DNA of 64,000 nucleotides from Thecamonas trahens ATCC 50062 (taxonomy: Eukaryota > Protista > Apusomonadida). The stretch is taken from the NCBI RefSeq assembly GCF_000142905.1, contig NW_013657652.1, forward strand, positions 248,001 through 312,000, in the 5' to 3' direction. Both the position numbers and the translations under genes were made by a program. Positions 43,264 through 54,227 of the stretch are shown piece by piece. The notes below the pieces were generated by a model. It ran no database searches. It was not told the origin of the DNA and saw only the letters and a program-made list of their open reading frames with translations. Every line of letters starts with the position of its first letter. The first letter of the stretch is position 1.

Positions 43264-43524
43264 TGGGCGTCGCGACGTCTGTTGAGCATTCCGCACTGTA
43301 CAGGCCTAACCGCAGGTGCTCACCGCGCCCCGAGCCCGGCTGCCCGTACTACCGCTCTCCGCCGCTGCCACTATCCACCATGGCCATACCCGTTGCCAAA
43401 CTGGGTGGTGAGCTGGTGCTGGATGCTGAGCAAGTCCTTTAAAATACGGAGCGAGTCGGTAGCGCGCAGGCGTGTAATCGACTCGTCCTCATGCGATGAC
43501 CAGGGCTCCGCTTGTGGACGCTGG

Positions 43525-46500
43525 CTAAAGGCCCGGGTTCACCCACTGCGCCGCCTCCTCGACTGGAATGCCCTTGGCGGCTGCGTAGGCGGCGACCTGG
43601 TCGTCGCCGACCCGGCCGACGGCAAAGTACTTGGCGTCACGATGCGCAAAGACAATGGCCGAGACCGAGGCAGCCGGGATCATGGCGTACGACTCGGAGA
43701 GCGAGGTGCCGATGAGAGCCTCGACGTCGAGGAGCGACCAGAGCGTGGCCTTCTCAGTGTGGTCCGGCTGTGATGGATAGCCCGGCGCAGGACGGATGCC
43801 CTCGTAAGCGACCTTGTGGAGGCCATCGGCATCGAGGTCCTCGGTCTCTGCAGCAAAGCCCCAGACGCTGACGTCGGTCCGGATCGACTTGTGCAGCCAC
43901 TCGGCGCCGGCCTCGGCGAGCCGGTCGGCGACGGCCTGCATGAGGATCTTGAGGTAGTCGTCGCCGTCGGCGGCGTAAGCGGTGGCGGCTTCGTCGGCAC
44001 CGACAACCGACACCACCATGGCACCGAGGTGATCGCGCGGGCAGCCGTCGTCGCCGGCGGGCGCGATATAGTCACCGAGCGACGCGTACTCACTGGCGCC
44101 CTCGGTCTGCTGGCGGAGCATGTGGAAGGTCGCGGTCGGGCTCGCGGCGTCGGTGGCATTGGCGTAGACATCAACGGCCGAGCCGTCGAGCCGCGCGGCG
44201 GCGGCGTAGACACCAACGACACCACGGACGGCGACAGGCGTCGGCGTCGAGCCGTCAACAATGTTCTGCAGCAGCGCGACCGCGTCGTCGTGGAGCTTCT
44301 TGGCTTCGGCACCGACGCGGTCGTCGTTGAAGATCTTGGGGTACCGCCGGTTCGGGTACTGGCCCTTGAGCTGGAACGAGGAGAACAGCGGATTCCAGTC
44401 GATGAGCTCGACGAGCTCGGCGACGGGGATGTCGACCGCCGTGGCGCCGAGCGCCGGCGGCGCCCGCGCGAGCGCGGCGTCAGAAAAGTCGAGCACCGGC
44501 CGCTTGCTCACTGCCGTCTCGAGCGAGACGAGCGAGACGTCATCGAGCGACGCCTCGTAGTCCTCCTTGATCTCTTGGTACAGGTCAAACAGATCCTCCA
44601 CAAAGTCGGGCTTGGACTTGGGGTCCAACAGCGATGAGACAACCGTGACGGCGATCGACGCGTCGAGGCAGTGCACAACCGGCGACGCCGGGCTAGCGTA
44701 GTGGCGCGCAATCTTGACCGCCGTGTGGATGCGCGACGTCGTGGCACCGCCAATGAGCAGAGGAATCTCCAGACCCTGGCGCTTCATCTCCATCGCGATC
44801 TTCTCCATGTGGGTGAGCGAGGGCGTGATGAGGCCCGAGACGCCCACGACGTCGACCTTGTGCTCGATGGCAGCCTTGACAATGACGTCGGTAGGAACCA
44901 TGACGCCGAGGTCGATGACCCGGTAGTTGTTGCAGCCGAGGACAACGGCCACAATGCCCTTGCCGATGTCGTGGACGTCACCAGCGACGGTGGCCAGAAG
45001 AACGGTACCGGCGTACGACTCGGCGTCGGCGTCGTCGCCATCGCCGGCGGCAGCGGCGGCCTGCGCCGCCGACGCGGTGCCGTCGGCCACCGCTGCCACC
45101 GCCGCGGCCTTCACGGCCGCCTTCTCCTCCTCAATAAACGGCGTGAGCCACGCAACGGCCTTCTTCATCACCCGCGCAGACTTGATAACCTGCGGGAGGA
45201 AGAGCTTGCCCGAGCCGAACATGTCACCGACGACAGACATGCCGTCCATGAGGTGCGTCTCGATGACCTCGAGTGCCGACGATGCGCCGAGGCGTGCCTC
45301 TTCGGTATCGGCCTCGATGTACTCGGTCGTGCCATGGACGAGGGCGTACTTGAGACGCTCAGCGACTGAGAAATCACGCCACGCGGCCTTGGCGGCAGCC
45401 GCCGCCGCGCCGCCGCCCGCCTCCTTGTTGGCGCGCTCGGCCTCGGCACGCTCGAGGAGCTTGGCGGTGGCGTCGTCGATGCCGACCTTGGCGCCGTTGT
45501 TGAGCACAACCGCCGAGACCAGGTCGCGGAGCTCGGGCTCGATGTCGTCGTACACAGCGAGGTGGGTCGGGTTCACAATGCCCATGTCCATGCCGGCGTC
45601 GATGGCGTGGTAGAGAAAGACCGAGTGCATGGCCTCACGGACAACGTTCACACCACGGTAGCCAAACGAGAGGTTCGAGACACCACCGGAGATCTTGGCG
45701 CCTGGGCACTGGGCCTTGATCTCGCGAGTAGCCTTGATAAAGTCGGCGGCGTATGAGTCGTGCTCGGCCATGCCAGTGGCGATGGTCAGAATGTTCGGGT
45801 CGAAAATGATGAGGTTTGGCGGGAAGGAGAGCGGCGGCGCGGTGAGCAGGTTGTACGAGCGGACGCAGATCTCGACCTTGCGCTCGGCCGACGCGGCCTG
45901 GCCCTCTTCGTCAAAGGCCATGACAACGACGGCAGCGCCAAAGCGCTTGACAATCTTGGCCTTGGCGAGGAACTCGGCCTCGCCCTCCTTGAGCGAGATC
46001 GAGTTGACGACTGACTTGCCCTGGCAGACTTTGAGGCCGGCAAGGATGACGTCCCAGTCCGACGAGTCGATCATGAACGGGACCTTGGCAATGGCCGGCT
46101 CGGTGACGGCAATGCGGAGGAGCTTGGTCATGGCCTTGACGCCGTCAATGAGTCCGTCGTCGACGTTAAAGTCGAGGACCATGGCACCGGCCTCGACCTG
46201 TGAGGCGGCAATATCCATGGCCTCCTGGTACTGGCCGTTGGCAATGAGCCGCTTAAACTTGCGCGAGCCGGCAATGTTGCAACGCTCGCCGACGTTAAGA
46301 AAGGCAAAGCGCGACTTGTCAACCACCAGCGGCTCGAGGCCCGAGAGCATCATCATCGAGTCCTCGGGAATCGGCTGTCGAGTGCGCGGCGCACCGTTGG
46401 CAGCGACCTCGGCAATTGCCTTGATGTGCGCCGGCGTCGAGCCGCAGCAACCGCCAACAAAGTTGACAAGCCCAGCGTCAACAAACTCCTTGAGGTCGCC

Positions 46501-47724
46501 CGCCATCTTGGCCGGCGAGTCGTCGTACCCGCCCATGGCGTTGGGCAGGCCGGCGTTCGGGTAGCATGAGACAAAGCACGGCGCCACGTCTGACATTCGC
46601 TGGATAAACGGCCGCATCTGCTCGCAGCCGAGCGCGCAGTTGAGGCCGACGGCGAACGGCTTGGCGTGCGCCACAGAGGCGTAAAAGGCCTCGGTCGTCT
46701 GGCCAGACAGCGTCCGGCCCGAGAGGTCCGTGATCGTGCCCGAGATGATGAGCGGAAGCCGGCTGACACGCCCGCCCCAGTCGTCCTCGAACAGCTCGTC
46801 AATAGCGTAGAGCGCGGCGCGCGCGTTGAGCGTGTCAAAGATCGTCTCGACCATGAGGATGTCGACGCCGCCGAGAACCAGCCCACGGACCTGCTCCTTG
46901 TACGCCTTGACGAGCTCGTCAAAAGTCACATTCCGCGCCGACGGGTCCTCCACCGACGGCGAGATCGACGCCGTGCGGTTCGTCGGCCCGCACGCACCGG
47001 CCACAAACCGCGGCCGCGACGGGTCGGCAGCCATCACCTTCTCGGCCTCCTGTCGCGCGAGCACGGCGGACTGGTAGTTGAGCTCAAAGGCCAGTGCCTC
47101 GAGCCCGTAGTCGGCCTGGGCGATCGACGTTCCCGAGAACGTGTTCGTCTCGATGATGTCTGATCCGGCCTCAAAGTACTGCCGGTAGATGTTGCCGATG
47201 ACCGCCGGCGCCGTCAGCGAGAGAAGATCGTTGTTCCCGCCCAGCTCACTCGGGTGGTCCTTGAACCGGTCTCCGCGAAAGTCGGCCTCTACAAGGTTGG
47301 CCTTCTGGACCATGGTGCCCATGGCTCCGTCGAGAATCTACATGCTCCCCACCGCCAACCAAGTCCCCATCCCGCATCGACCCCCCCCCCCCCCCCCCCC
47401 CCCAGTCACCAACACAAACATTTCCATAAAGCACTCTGTGAGTGTTGGTCTCCTCTCCCCCTCCCCCCCCTCCCTCCCTCCCTCCCTCCCTCCCTCTCGT
47501 CAAGCCCCGCAACTGCCACGTCGCTGGATGGGGATCGGCCACGTGCTGCCGCTGACGCCACCACTCCCACCTACCATGATTCGCTTCTTCAGCTGGGCAG
47601 TCAGATACTCGGCCAGATCAGTCTCGCCACGCACGTAGCCATTGCACACAGTGGCTGATGGGACAGGCCCCGCAGGCAGATGGGTCGGCTCGACCGTCCG
47701 CACCGAGTCATCAAAGGACGCCAT
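43525..47724 (-). CDS. MTR: Cobalamin-dependent methionine synthase (MetH/MTR)
   Basis: RIM|ILDGAMGT (intron 47574-47338), GGCCG, GERCN, DVHDIG B12 ligand motif, [14 protein letters not shown]. Confidence 0.97.
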
Positions 47725-47925
47725 GGAGAGGAGGAGAGAGAGAGAGAGAGAGAAGTGGCGCCTTTGTGCGACTCGCCCCGCCACATAGCCACTCGCCCCA
47801 CCCACGCCACCCGCCCGGTCGGCCGGCCGGCCGGCCGGCCGCCCAACCACCCGCCTGCCTGCCTACCCACCCACCCACCCACCCACCGGCTATCACACTG
47901 CACCCCCTCCCCCCTCCTCCCTACC

Positions 47926-49065
47926 ATGGCCGAAGCGCATGTTGGTCCTGTTCGCAAGGCCCATCGCCTGCCGCTCGACAAACTCGCAGCATACATGGCA
48001 AGCGAGGAGGCGCTGGTCAGCGAGGGCTACACAGGCACGCCACTCGACGTGGCCCAGTTTGCAGGTGGGCAGAGCAACCCGACGTACCTCATCCGCAACC
48101 CGACAGGCAAGGCCGGATACAGCTGGGTCCTCCGCAAGAAGCCACCGGGCAAGCTGCTGCCTTCGGCCCACGCCGTGGAACGGGAGTACGCCATCATCGC
48201 CGCCCTCGCCCCGACAGCTGTCCCGGTCCCGCGCCCGCTGCTCCTCTGCACCGATCCGGACGTCATCGGCACCCCTTTCTACCTCATGGATGCCGTCGAC
48301 GGGCGCATCTTCCGCGACCCTAAGCTGCCAAGCCTGAGCCGGGCCGATCGCAGTGCTGTCTTTGCCGACATGGCCACCACCCTTGCTGCGCTGCACTCGC
48401 TCGATCCCGACGCCGTCGGCCTCGGCAGCTACCGACGCGGCTCGGGCGGCTACATCTCCCGCCAGCTCAAGCGGTGGTGGGGCAACTACTCGCTGGCGGT
48501 GGTGGAGGAGACGAACACAGAGCCGATGACCCGCCTCCACACCTGGCTCCGCGCCTCGGCACCGGTCGCCGAGCGCTCAGCCATTGTCCACGGTGACTAC
48601 AAGCTCGACAACATGGTCTTTCACGCTACCGAGCCGCGAGTCATTGCCCTACTCGATTTTGAGCTGTGGACCATCGGCGATCCGTACTCGGACCTTGCTT
48701 ACTGTCTCCTACCGTACATCATCGGCGCCGGCGCGCCGTCGCTGCCGGGCCTCGGCGGCGTCGACCTTGCCAAACTCGGCATTCCCTCGCTCGCCGAGTT
48801 TGTCGCCACCTACGCTGCCGCCGCTTCGTTTGATGTCGACATCGACCTCCCGTTCTACATCGCCTTTTCGCTCTTTCGCCTCGCCGCCATTGCCCAGGGC
48901 GTATACAAGCGATCGCTGACCGGAAACGCGTCGTCGGCCTCGGCCTCGTCATTTGCCGGCGTCTCGGCCCTCCTCGCCGGACTCGCCCTCGCCGTCGCCG
49001 ACGGCGCCATCCCAGCCGTCACCAACGCCATCGGAGCACCTTCCAACCCGCGCTCACGCTTGTAG
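47926..49065 (+). CDS. Stand-alone ACAD10/ACAD11-type phosphotransferase (APH/ChoK fold)
   Basis: GGQSNPTY, LRKKPPGKLLPSAHAVEREY, HGDYKLDN, LDFE, IAQGVYKR. No acyl-CoA dehydrogenase domain; ends SRL (PTS1-like). Confidence 0.85.
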   Translation: MAEAHVGPVRKAHRLPLDKLAAYMASEEALVSEGYTGTPLDVAQFAGGQSNPTYLIRNPTGKAGYSWVLRKKPPGKLLPSAHAVEREYAIIAALAPTAVPVPRPLLLCTDPDVIGTPFYLMDAVDGRIFRDPKLPSLSRADRSAVFADMATTLAALHSLDPDAVGLGSYRRGSGGYISRQLKRWWGNYSLAVVEETNTEPMTRLHTWLRASAPVAERSAIVHGDYKLDNMVFHATEPRVIALLDFELWTIGDPYSDLAYCLLPYIIGAGAPSLPGLGGVDLAKLGIPSLAEFVATYAAAASFDVDIDLPFYIAFSLFRLAAIAQGVYKRSLTGNASSASASSFAGVSALLAGLALAVADGAIPAVTNAIGAPSNPRSRL

Positions 49066-49267
49066 CGAGCCAGCACACAGAGTGCTACATGTTGCGCCTG
49101 TGGCGCCCTTGCGCGGCCTCATTGCGTGGCCCTCCAAAAAAACCCGCTCAGCCAAACCCCTTCTTCACTCATGCCGGCGGAGAAACAAAACACTCTGCGG
49201 TCACTGGCGGCGCCGCCTCCGCCGCCGCCACCTGCACCAACACAGGCACACTCGTCCGCGCGCAGCC

Positions 49268-51637
49268 ATGGCAACCATTGAGAGCCTCACTGCCGAAAAG
49301 ACCCGGCTCAAGGACGAGGTCAAGCAGCTCAAGGTACAGCCCCCGTCCCGTGCATGCCCCCCCCCTTCCTCCCAGCCCGTCCCCCCTGCCTGTCCCCCTC
49401 CCATGGAGGCGTGACCGCACCGAACAGTCGTCCTCTCCCTCCCCTCCTCCCCCTCCCCCGCCCCGCCACTCACCAACACTGCACAAACACAGGCTGGAGG
49501 CGCTCCACCAGAGGAGATCAACCCGGTGTATGTGGCATACAAGGCGGTCTCGTCCGAGCTGGCCTTTCTTCTTGCCCACCCTACCCACGACCTGCGCGGC
49601 TCGTCGGCAGCCACGCCGCCGCCTGAGACAACGCCGCCGCCGACGCCGCCAGGCCTTTCGGACGAAGCCGTTCGTGTTCACGCGCTCAACGTGCTCTCGG
49701 AGGAGAAAAACTCACTCAAGGCCGAGATCAAGTTGCTGAAGGGATCGGGCGCGCCAGACAACGTCATCGCTCCGGTCTTTACCCGCTACACCACAGTCAA
49801 GAACTGGCTCGCCGCGCCGTCGTCAGGCCCGCCGCCTCTTCTTGATCACCAGATGCCCGAACCTGAGGCTGTAGCTGAGGCTAGGACACACCCAGCGCTG
49901 CCGAGTGTGCCTGTGGCCGGCGACTCGGTCGCATCGCTCGCCGCCAACTCGGAGGCCGGCGACTCGCTTGGCGAACTGCACTCGGTTGCGTCACGGTCGC
50001 TCCCGCCGAGTGCCGACGAGGTTGCTGCGATGAAGGCAGAGGTCAAGGCGCAGATTCGTGCTGCCACCGGCATGGGCCGCTCAGACGAGTACATTGCCCC
50101 GCTCTACGCCCGCTATCAGGAGCTCAAGGCACTCTCGGCCAACTACTCGAGCGAGGCTGCGACCCAGTTTGCGCGGACGCACCTCCGCCAAGGCCGCCGC
50201 GCCTCGGTCGTCCTCCCCTCGCGTGAGCGGCGAAACTCGATTCTGCCGGCTGCCACAGGCGAGACCGATGTTGCCGTCGCTGCCGCGCTCGCCGCGTCGC
50301 CGTCGTCGGACTTTCTTCCACACGCCGGCGAGACGCAGGTCGACTCGCCGGTTGCCGAGGTGCCCGACGCAGCACCCGCGGCGCCGGACGAGCCGCCTTC
50401 AACAGAGCCTGCGCCTGCGCCGGGAGCGCCGAGCAGCTCGCCACCAGTGCCAACCATCACGCTCGCACCCGAGCTCGGCGATGACGATGACGAGCCTTTG
50501 GCGCCAGTGGCAACTGCCACGGTTGTGGCCCTCGACGACTTTACTGACTCGGATGACGACAACGACGACGACGACGACCGGACGCCCAACGATGACGTGG
50601 TGGTCAAGGCTGGTGTGCTCAAAATCCGGGTCTCTGGTGGTCTGCTCGGCCGCAAGTGGGCGTCGCGGTGGTGCTCGATGACCCGCGCCGCGTTCCGCAT
50701 CCACTCGGGCAAGGACGCCAGCTCGAGCGTCGAGACCCGCCTCTCGCTCGCCGGCACGTACACCTCGTTCCGCTCGTCCAAGACCAACAACGAGTTTGCC
50801 ATCACATACGGCGAGAACCTCGAGAACTCGATCGAGGTTGTTGCACCCGACCGCAAGACCCGCAAGTCGTGGACTACCTTTATCCTCGACGGCATGCTCG
50901 CATGGACCAAGATCGTGGTCAAGCGGCTGCAAGTTCCCTCGGCAGCTGCGCCGTTTACCGGAGCCGCCGTCCACATGGGCTGGATGAACGTTCTTGTCCC
51001 GCACGGCAAGCGGTGGGCGTGGTCGTGGAAACTCGCGCTCCTCTCCGACGGCGCGCTTTGGCTTCTCAATGCCTTCCCGCTCACCATCGACGAACTCGAC
51101 GAGGCCGAGGCCGGTGCGCTCAAGTTTGAGCTTGTCGGCGCCAAGTTTGCCCACGTCACCGAGGCGACCAAGCTGACCAAGCTCGGGCGCCAGCACGTTG
51201 TCCGTTTTGACGCCGGCGCGTCCGGCCTCTCGCTCCCGCTTGCGCTCTCGACCGAGTCGGAACTCACACTGTGGGGCAAAATCCTGCGGCGGACGTGCGG
51301 TGAAGCTCTCGAGGCTGCCCTCTCCACCGCCCCTTACACTGTTTCCGGTACTTGCAACGGCACCGACGGCAGCTCACTTGCCATTGCGCTCGACGGCGTC
51401 ACCATCGCCGGAACGGCCGTTCCCTGGCGCGCCATTGTCCGCTACGCCGAGTCGCTCGCCACCATCACCATCACGGTCGTCCTTGACATGTCTAATCCGG
51501 ACGATCGCACCGACTTTATCTTTGAGGGCGACGAGGCCTCGCTCAACGCTGCCTTTAACGTCCTCACCTCGGTCGTCCACCTCGTTGTGGTCCCACGCCA
51601 GCGCGCCGCTCGCGCCGCCGCCACCCGCTCGTCGTAA
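49268..51637 (+). CDS. Protein with three N-terminal helical-hairpin repeats and a syntrophin-like PH-PH-SU C-terminus
   Basis: Intron 49334-49492. PH: VKAGVLK...KWASRW...KSW. Second PH: HMGWM...W..ALL...LWL...P...W. Confidence 0.65.
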
Positions 51638-51673
51638 ACTTGACCTCTCTCCATCTCCACACGCTTCCATACG

Positions 51674-52255
51674 ATGGACCTTCCCAAGATTGTGCTCTGT
51701 GGGGTGGGCAGTGCAGCGATGGCCGAGCTGGCTGAGAGTGCAGGACTTGGCACGGACGCCGTCCACGACGTCGGCGTAGACGCCTGCGCGGTCGAGCTGC
51801 CGGCGCTCGCCGAGGTGTGGAACGCGCCCGAGGGCGAGGCGCTCGCAGCGCTTGCAGGCGGCGCCGCCGCCGTCGTCCTCACGTACACGGTCGACGACAG
51901 AACGAGCTTCAACGGGTTGAGGCGCTGGCTCTCGCTGCTGGATGCGCTCGGCTACGGCAGTCTCCGCTTCGTCCTTGGCCTCGGCACGGCAGCCGACGTG
52001 CCGGCCCACCACGCGGCGCAGCGGGAGGCCTTTCTCGCGCGACGCGGCCTCGCCCACTGTCTCGTGCACGAGAGCCAGGCTGTAGTCGACGGTATTGCCA
52101 GAGTGGTTGCAGCCGTCGAGGAGGTGCGGCCGATCAAACGGGCCCGCGGAAGCAGCGGAAGCGTCATGAGCGAGGACGGCGGCGGGGTAAGCGGCGACAC
52201 GGGCTGTGAGGTCATGCTACGTTTGGGCTTTGCAGGCGATAGACACAGGCGGTGA
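51674..52255 (+). CDS. Degenerate Ras/Rab-like protein lacking P-loop and NKxD (pseudo-GTPase)
   Basis: KIVLCG, VGVD, EVWNAP, GAAAVVLTYTVDDRTSFNGLRRWL follow the small-GTPase secondary-structure pattern. Confidence 0.55.
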   Translation: MDLPKIVLCGVGSAAMAELAESAGLGTDAVHDVGVDACAVELPALAEVWNAPEGEALAALAGGAAAVVLTYTVDDRTSFNGLRRWLSLLDALGYGSLRFVLGLGTAADVPAHHAAQREAFLARRGLAHCLVHESQAVVDGIARVVAAVEEVRPIKRARGSSGSVMSEDGGGVSGDTGCEVMLRLGFAGDRHRR

Positions 52256-52265
52256 GACAGTAGAT

Positions 52266-53936
52266 TTACTTCCTTCTCTTCTGCGGCGGACGTGGTGACA
52301 TCGACGAGGTGACCGACTGGCCGAGGTGTGAAGTGCCTGTGGCGACCGAGGAGGTCGACGAGACGCCCGAGGAGCTTGTGGACGTTGACGTTGACGCGGC
52401 TGTCGATGAGCTGGACGACGAGGCTGAAGTTGCTGTGGCGGTGACGATAGAAACGGTGCGTTGGCGAGTCTGACCAGCGACTGGAGAGAGATCGATATCG
52501 TCAGAGGCGAGGTCGACGACGTCCGGGTTGGGTGGGCGGCGGGAGCGGCTGCCGGACGACCTGCCAGCACGGCGCGACGAGTTTGCAGATGAGCGGCCGT
52601 TGGAGGAGTGCTGGCGGGCGCGGTTTGCCTGACGGGCGGCGGCCTGGCGCTGGCGGAACTCCCAGGCCTCGAGGGCGCGGCGGCGCTCCTCTTCGGCGGC
52701 GAGACGGGCAGCCTCGCGCATACGCTGCTCGTGGGCGCGGATGGCTTCTTCGGTGGGAGGATAGTGCGGGGCGTGGGGTTGATGGACGTGCTGGGCGAGC
52801 GAAATGCGGCCGACGAGCTCGCCAGGCGCCGGCGGGCCGACCAAGGCAAACATGGGCACCTTGATGTCGTCGCAAGCCTCGGGCACCACAGTGGGAAAGG
52901 GGACACATGGAGTGGAGCCGTCATCAGCGAGCATGACATAGTAGACCGGGATGTTGGCCATGGGCCGCAGTTCGCCCTCGCGCAGCACAAAGCGCGGGTC
53001 GGCAAACCGGTGCCGTGATCGGAGGAGGATGGCGACGAGGATGACTACAAAGACAAGGAAAAAAGCGACCAGGAGCGGGAGGAGGAGCTGGAACGTGGCT
53101 GGCGGCTTGTCTTCGTCAAACAGGCCGGGGCAAAAATGGAGAGTCCAGAACGCCTCGCGGGTCGGGCAGCGCGGGCACGAGATGTTGCGTGGCGGGAGAG
53201 CCCCGGGCTCATCGTACAGCGACATGTCACATACAGCACCGGCGTCGAGCTTGGAAAAGGCGTGGACGACGCCGCCAATGATCGGGTCGCCGGCGAGTGC
53301 AAATTGGAGCAGAAAGGCCTCGGGATCGACGCCCTGCTCGGCAGAGCAAGTGCAGAGCGACGAGGCGCAGGTGGCGGGCGTGTCGGGCTCGAGACAGTAC
53401 GGCCCGGCACCCGAGTCGCACTGGCACGTCCCGGCCTGGCATAGCCCGTTAAAGTTGCATGCGTAGCGGCAGCGGGTGGCCTTGTAGTGGATGCGGAAGC
53501 CCGGAGCGGTGATGAACTGGTCCGAGTGAAAGAAGAGAGTCAAATACGGGCCCGATGACTGCAGCAGCGGCATGGCCTTGGTCCCCGAGTATGCGCCGAG
53601 AAGTGGGGCATGGGCAGCAAGCTCGGTTGCGTTGCCATCGCGCACAAATAGAATGTCCCATCCACACTCGGTCTCAAACTCGATCGACTCGACCACGATG
53701 GTCGCCAGCGGGTCGTTGGCCGCGAGCACCCAGGTGCAGTTCTTGTTCTCGGTGTAGTTGCTGTTGGGCCCCGACCCGTCAGTCAGCACACCCTCAACAT
53801 CGGTCTGAAGGTACCGCGTCTGCAGACCAGAGCACTGCTGGCCCAAGCACGGCCCTGCCGTTGCCAGGAGCACCAGGAGTACCGTGGTCGCCAACGCCAC
53901 CAGACCGGGCAATGTTAGCGGAAGGCGGACCGGCAT
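52266..53936 (-). CDS. Type I membrane protein with CUB and EGF domains, attractin/MEGF8-like
   Basis: Signal peptide, LTDG..NY....CTW, FETECGWDIL, LFFHSD, EGF CNFNGLC..CQC, TM, cytosolic MANIP. Confidence 0.75.
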   Translation of the reverse strand: MPVRLPLTLPGLVALATTVLLVLLATAGPCLGQQCSGLQTRYLQTDVEGVLTDGSGPNSNYTENKNCTWVLAANDPLATIVVESIEFETECGWDILFVRDGNATELAAHAPLLGAYSGTKAMPLLQSSGPYLTLFFHSDQFITAPGFRIHYKATRCRYACNFNGLCQAGTCQCDSGAGPYCLEPDTPATCASSLCTCSAEQGVDPEAFLLQFALAGDPIIGGVVHAFSKLDAGAVCDMSLYDEPGALPPRNISCPRCPTREAFWTLHFCPGLFDEDKPPATFQLLLPLLVAFFLVFVVILVAILLRSRHRFADPRFVLREGELRPMANIPVYYVMLADDGSTPCVPFPTVVPEACDDIKVPMFALVGPPAPGELVGRISLAQHVHQPHAPHYPPTEEAIRAHEQRMREAARLAAEEERRRALEAWEFRQRQAAARQANRARQHSSNGRSSANSSRRAGRSSGSRSRRPPNPDVVDLASDDIDLSPVAGQTRQRTVSIVTATATSASSSSSSTAASTSTSTSSSGVSSTSSVATGTSHLGQSVTSSMSPRPPQKRRK

Positions 53937-54227
53937 GGAGGGGGGGAGGGGGGAGGGGGTGGAAGGGGGTGGGAGGGGGTGGTGGTGGTGATTGAAAGGA
54001 GGTGGGTGACCTTGGGGAGTGGTGGTGAGTTGTGAGAGCAAAAGGGAGGAGGGAGTGCGGGAGGCAGGTGGGTGGGCGAGGTGGGGTGGGAAGGAGGGAA
54101 GGGGGGGGGGCCGCAAATTACGAGGTCGAGAACAATTTAGGACTTGCTGGGGTAGTAAGGGGCAAAGGCGTTGCTTGCGTAGCCACTGTTCATTGGGGGG
54201 AGGACAATGGTGGGAGGGGATGAGGAC

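Noticed and set aside
47338-47574. Cobalamin riboswitch in the MTR intron
   Set aside because: No recognisable B12 box or conserved stems; mostly G-rich simple sequence.
37567-53936. Patched-like and MEGF8/attractin-like genes as a Hedgehog-related cluster
   Set aside because: They are about 12 kb apart with unrelated genes in between; proximity is probably coincidental.
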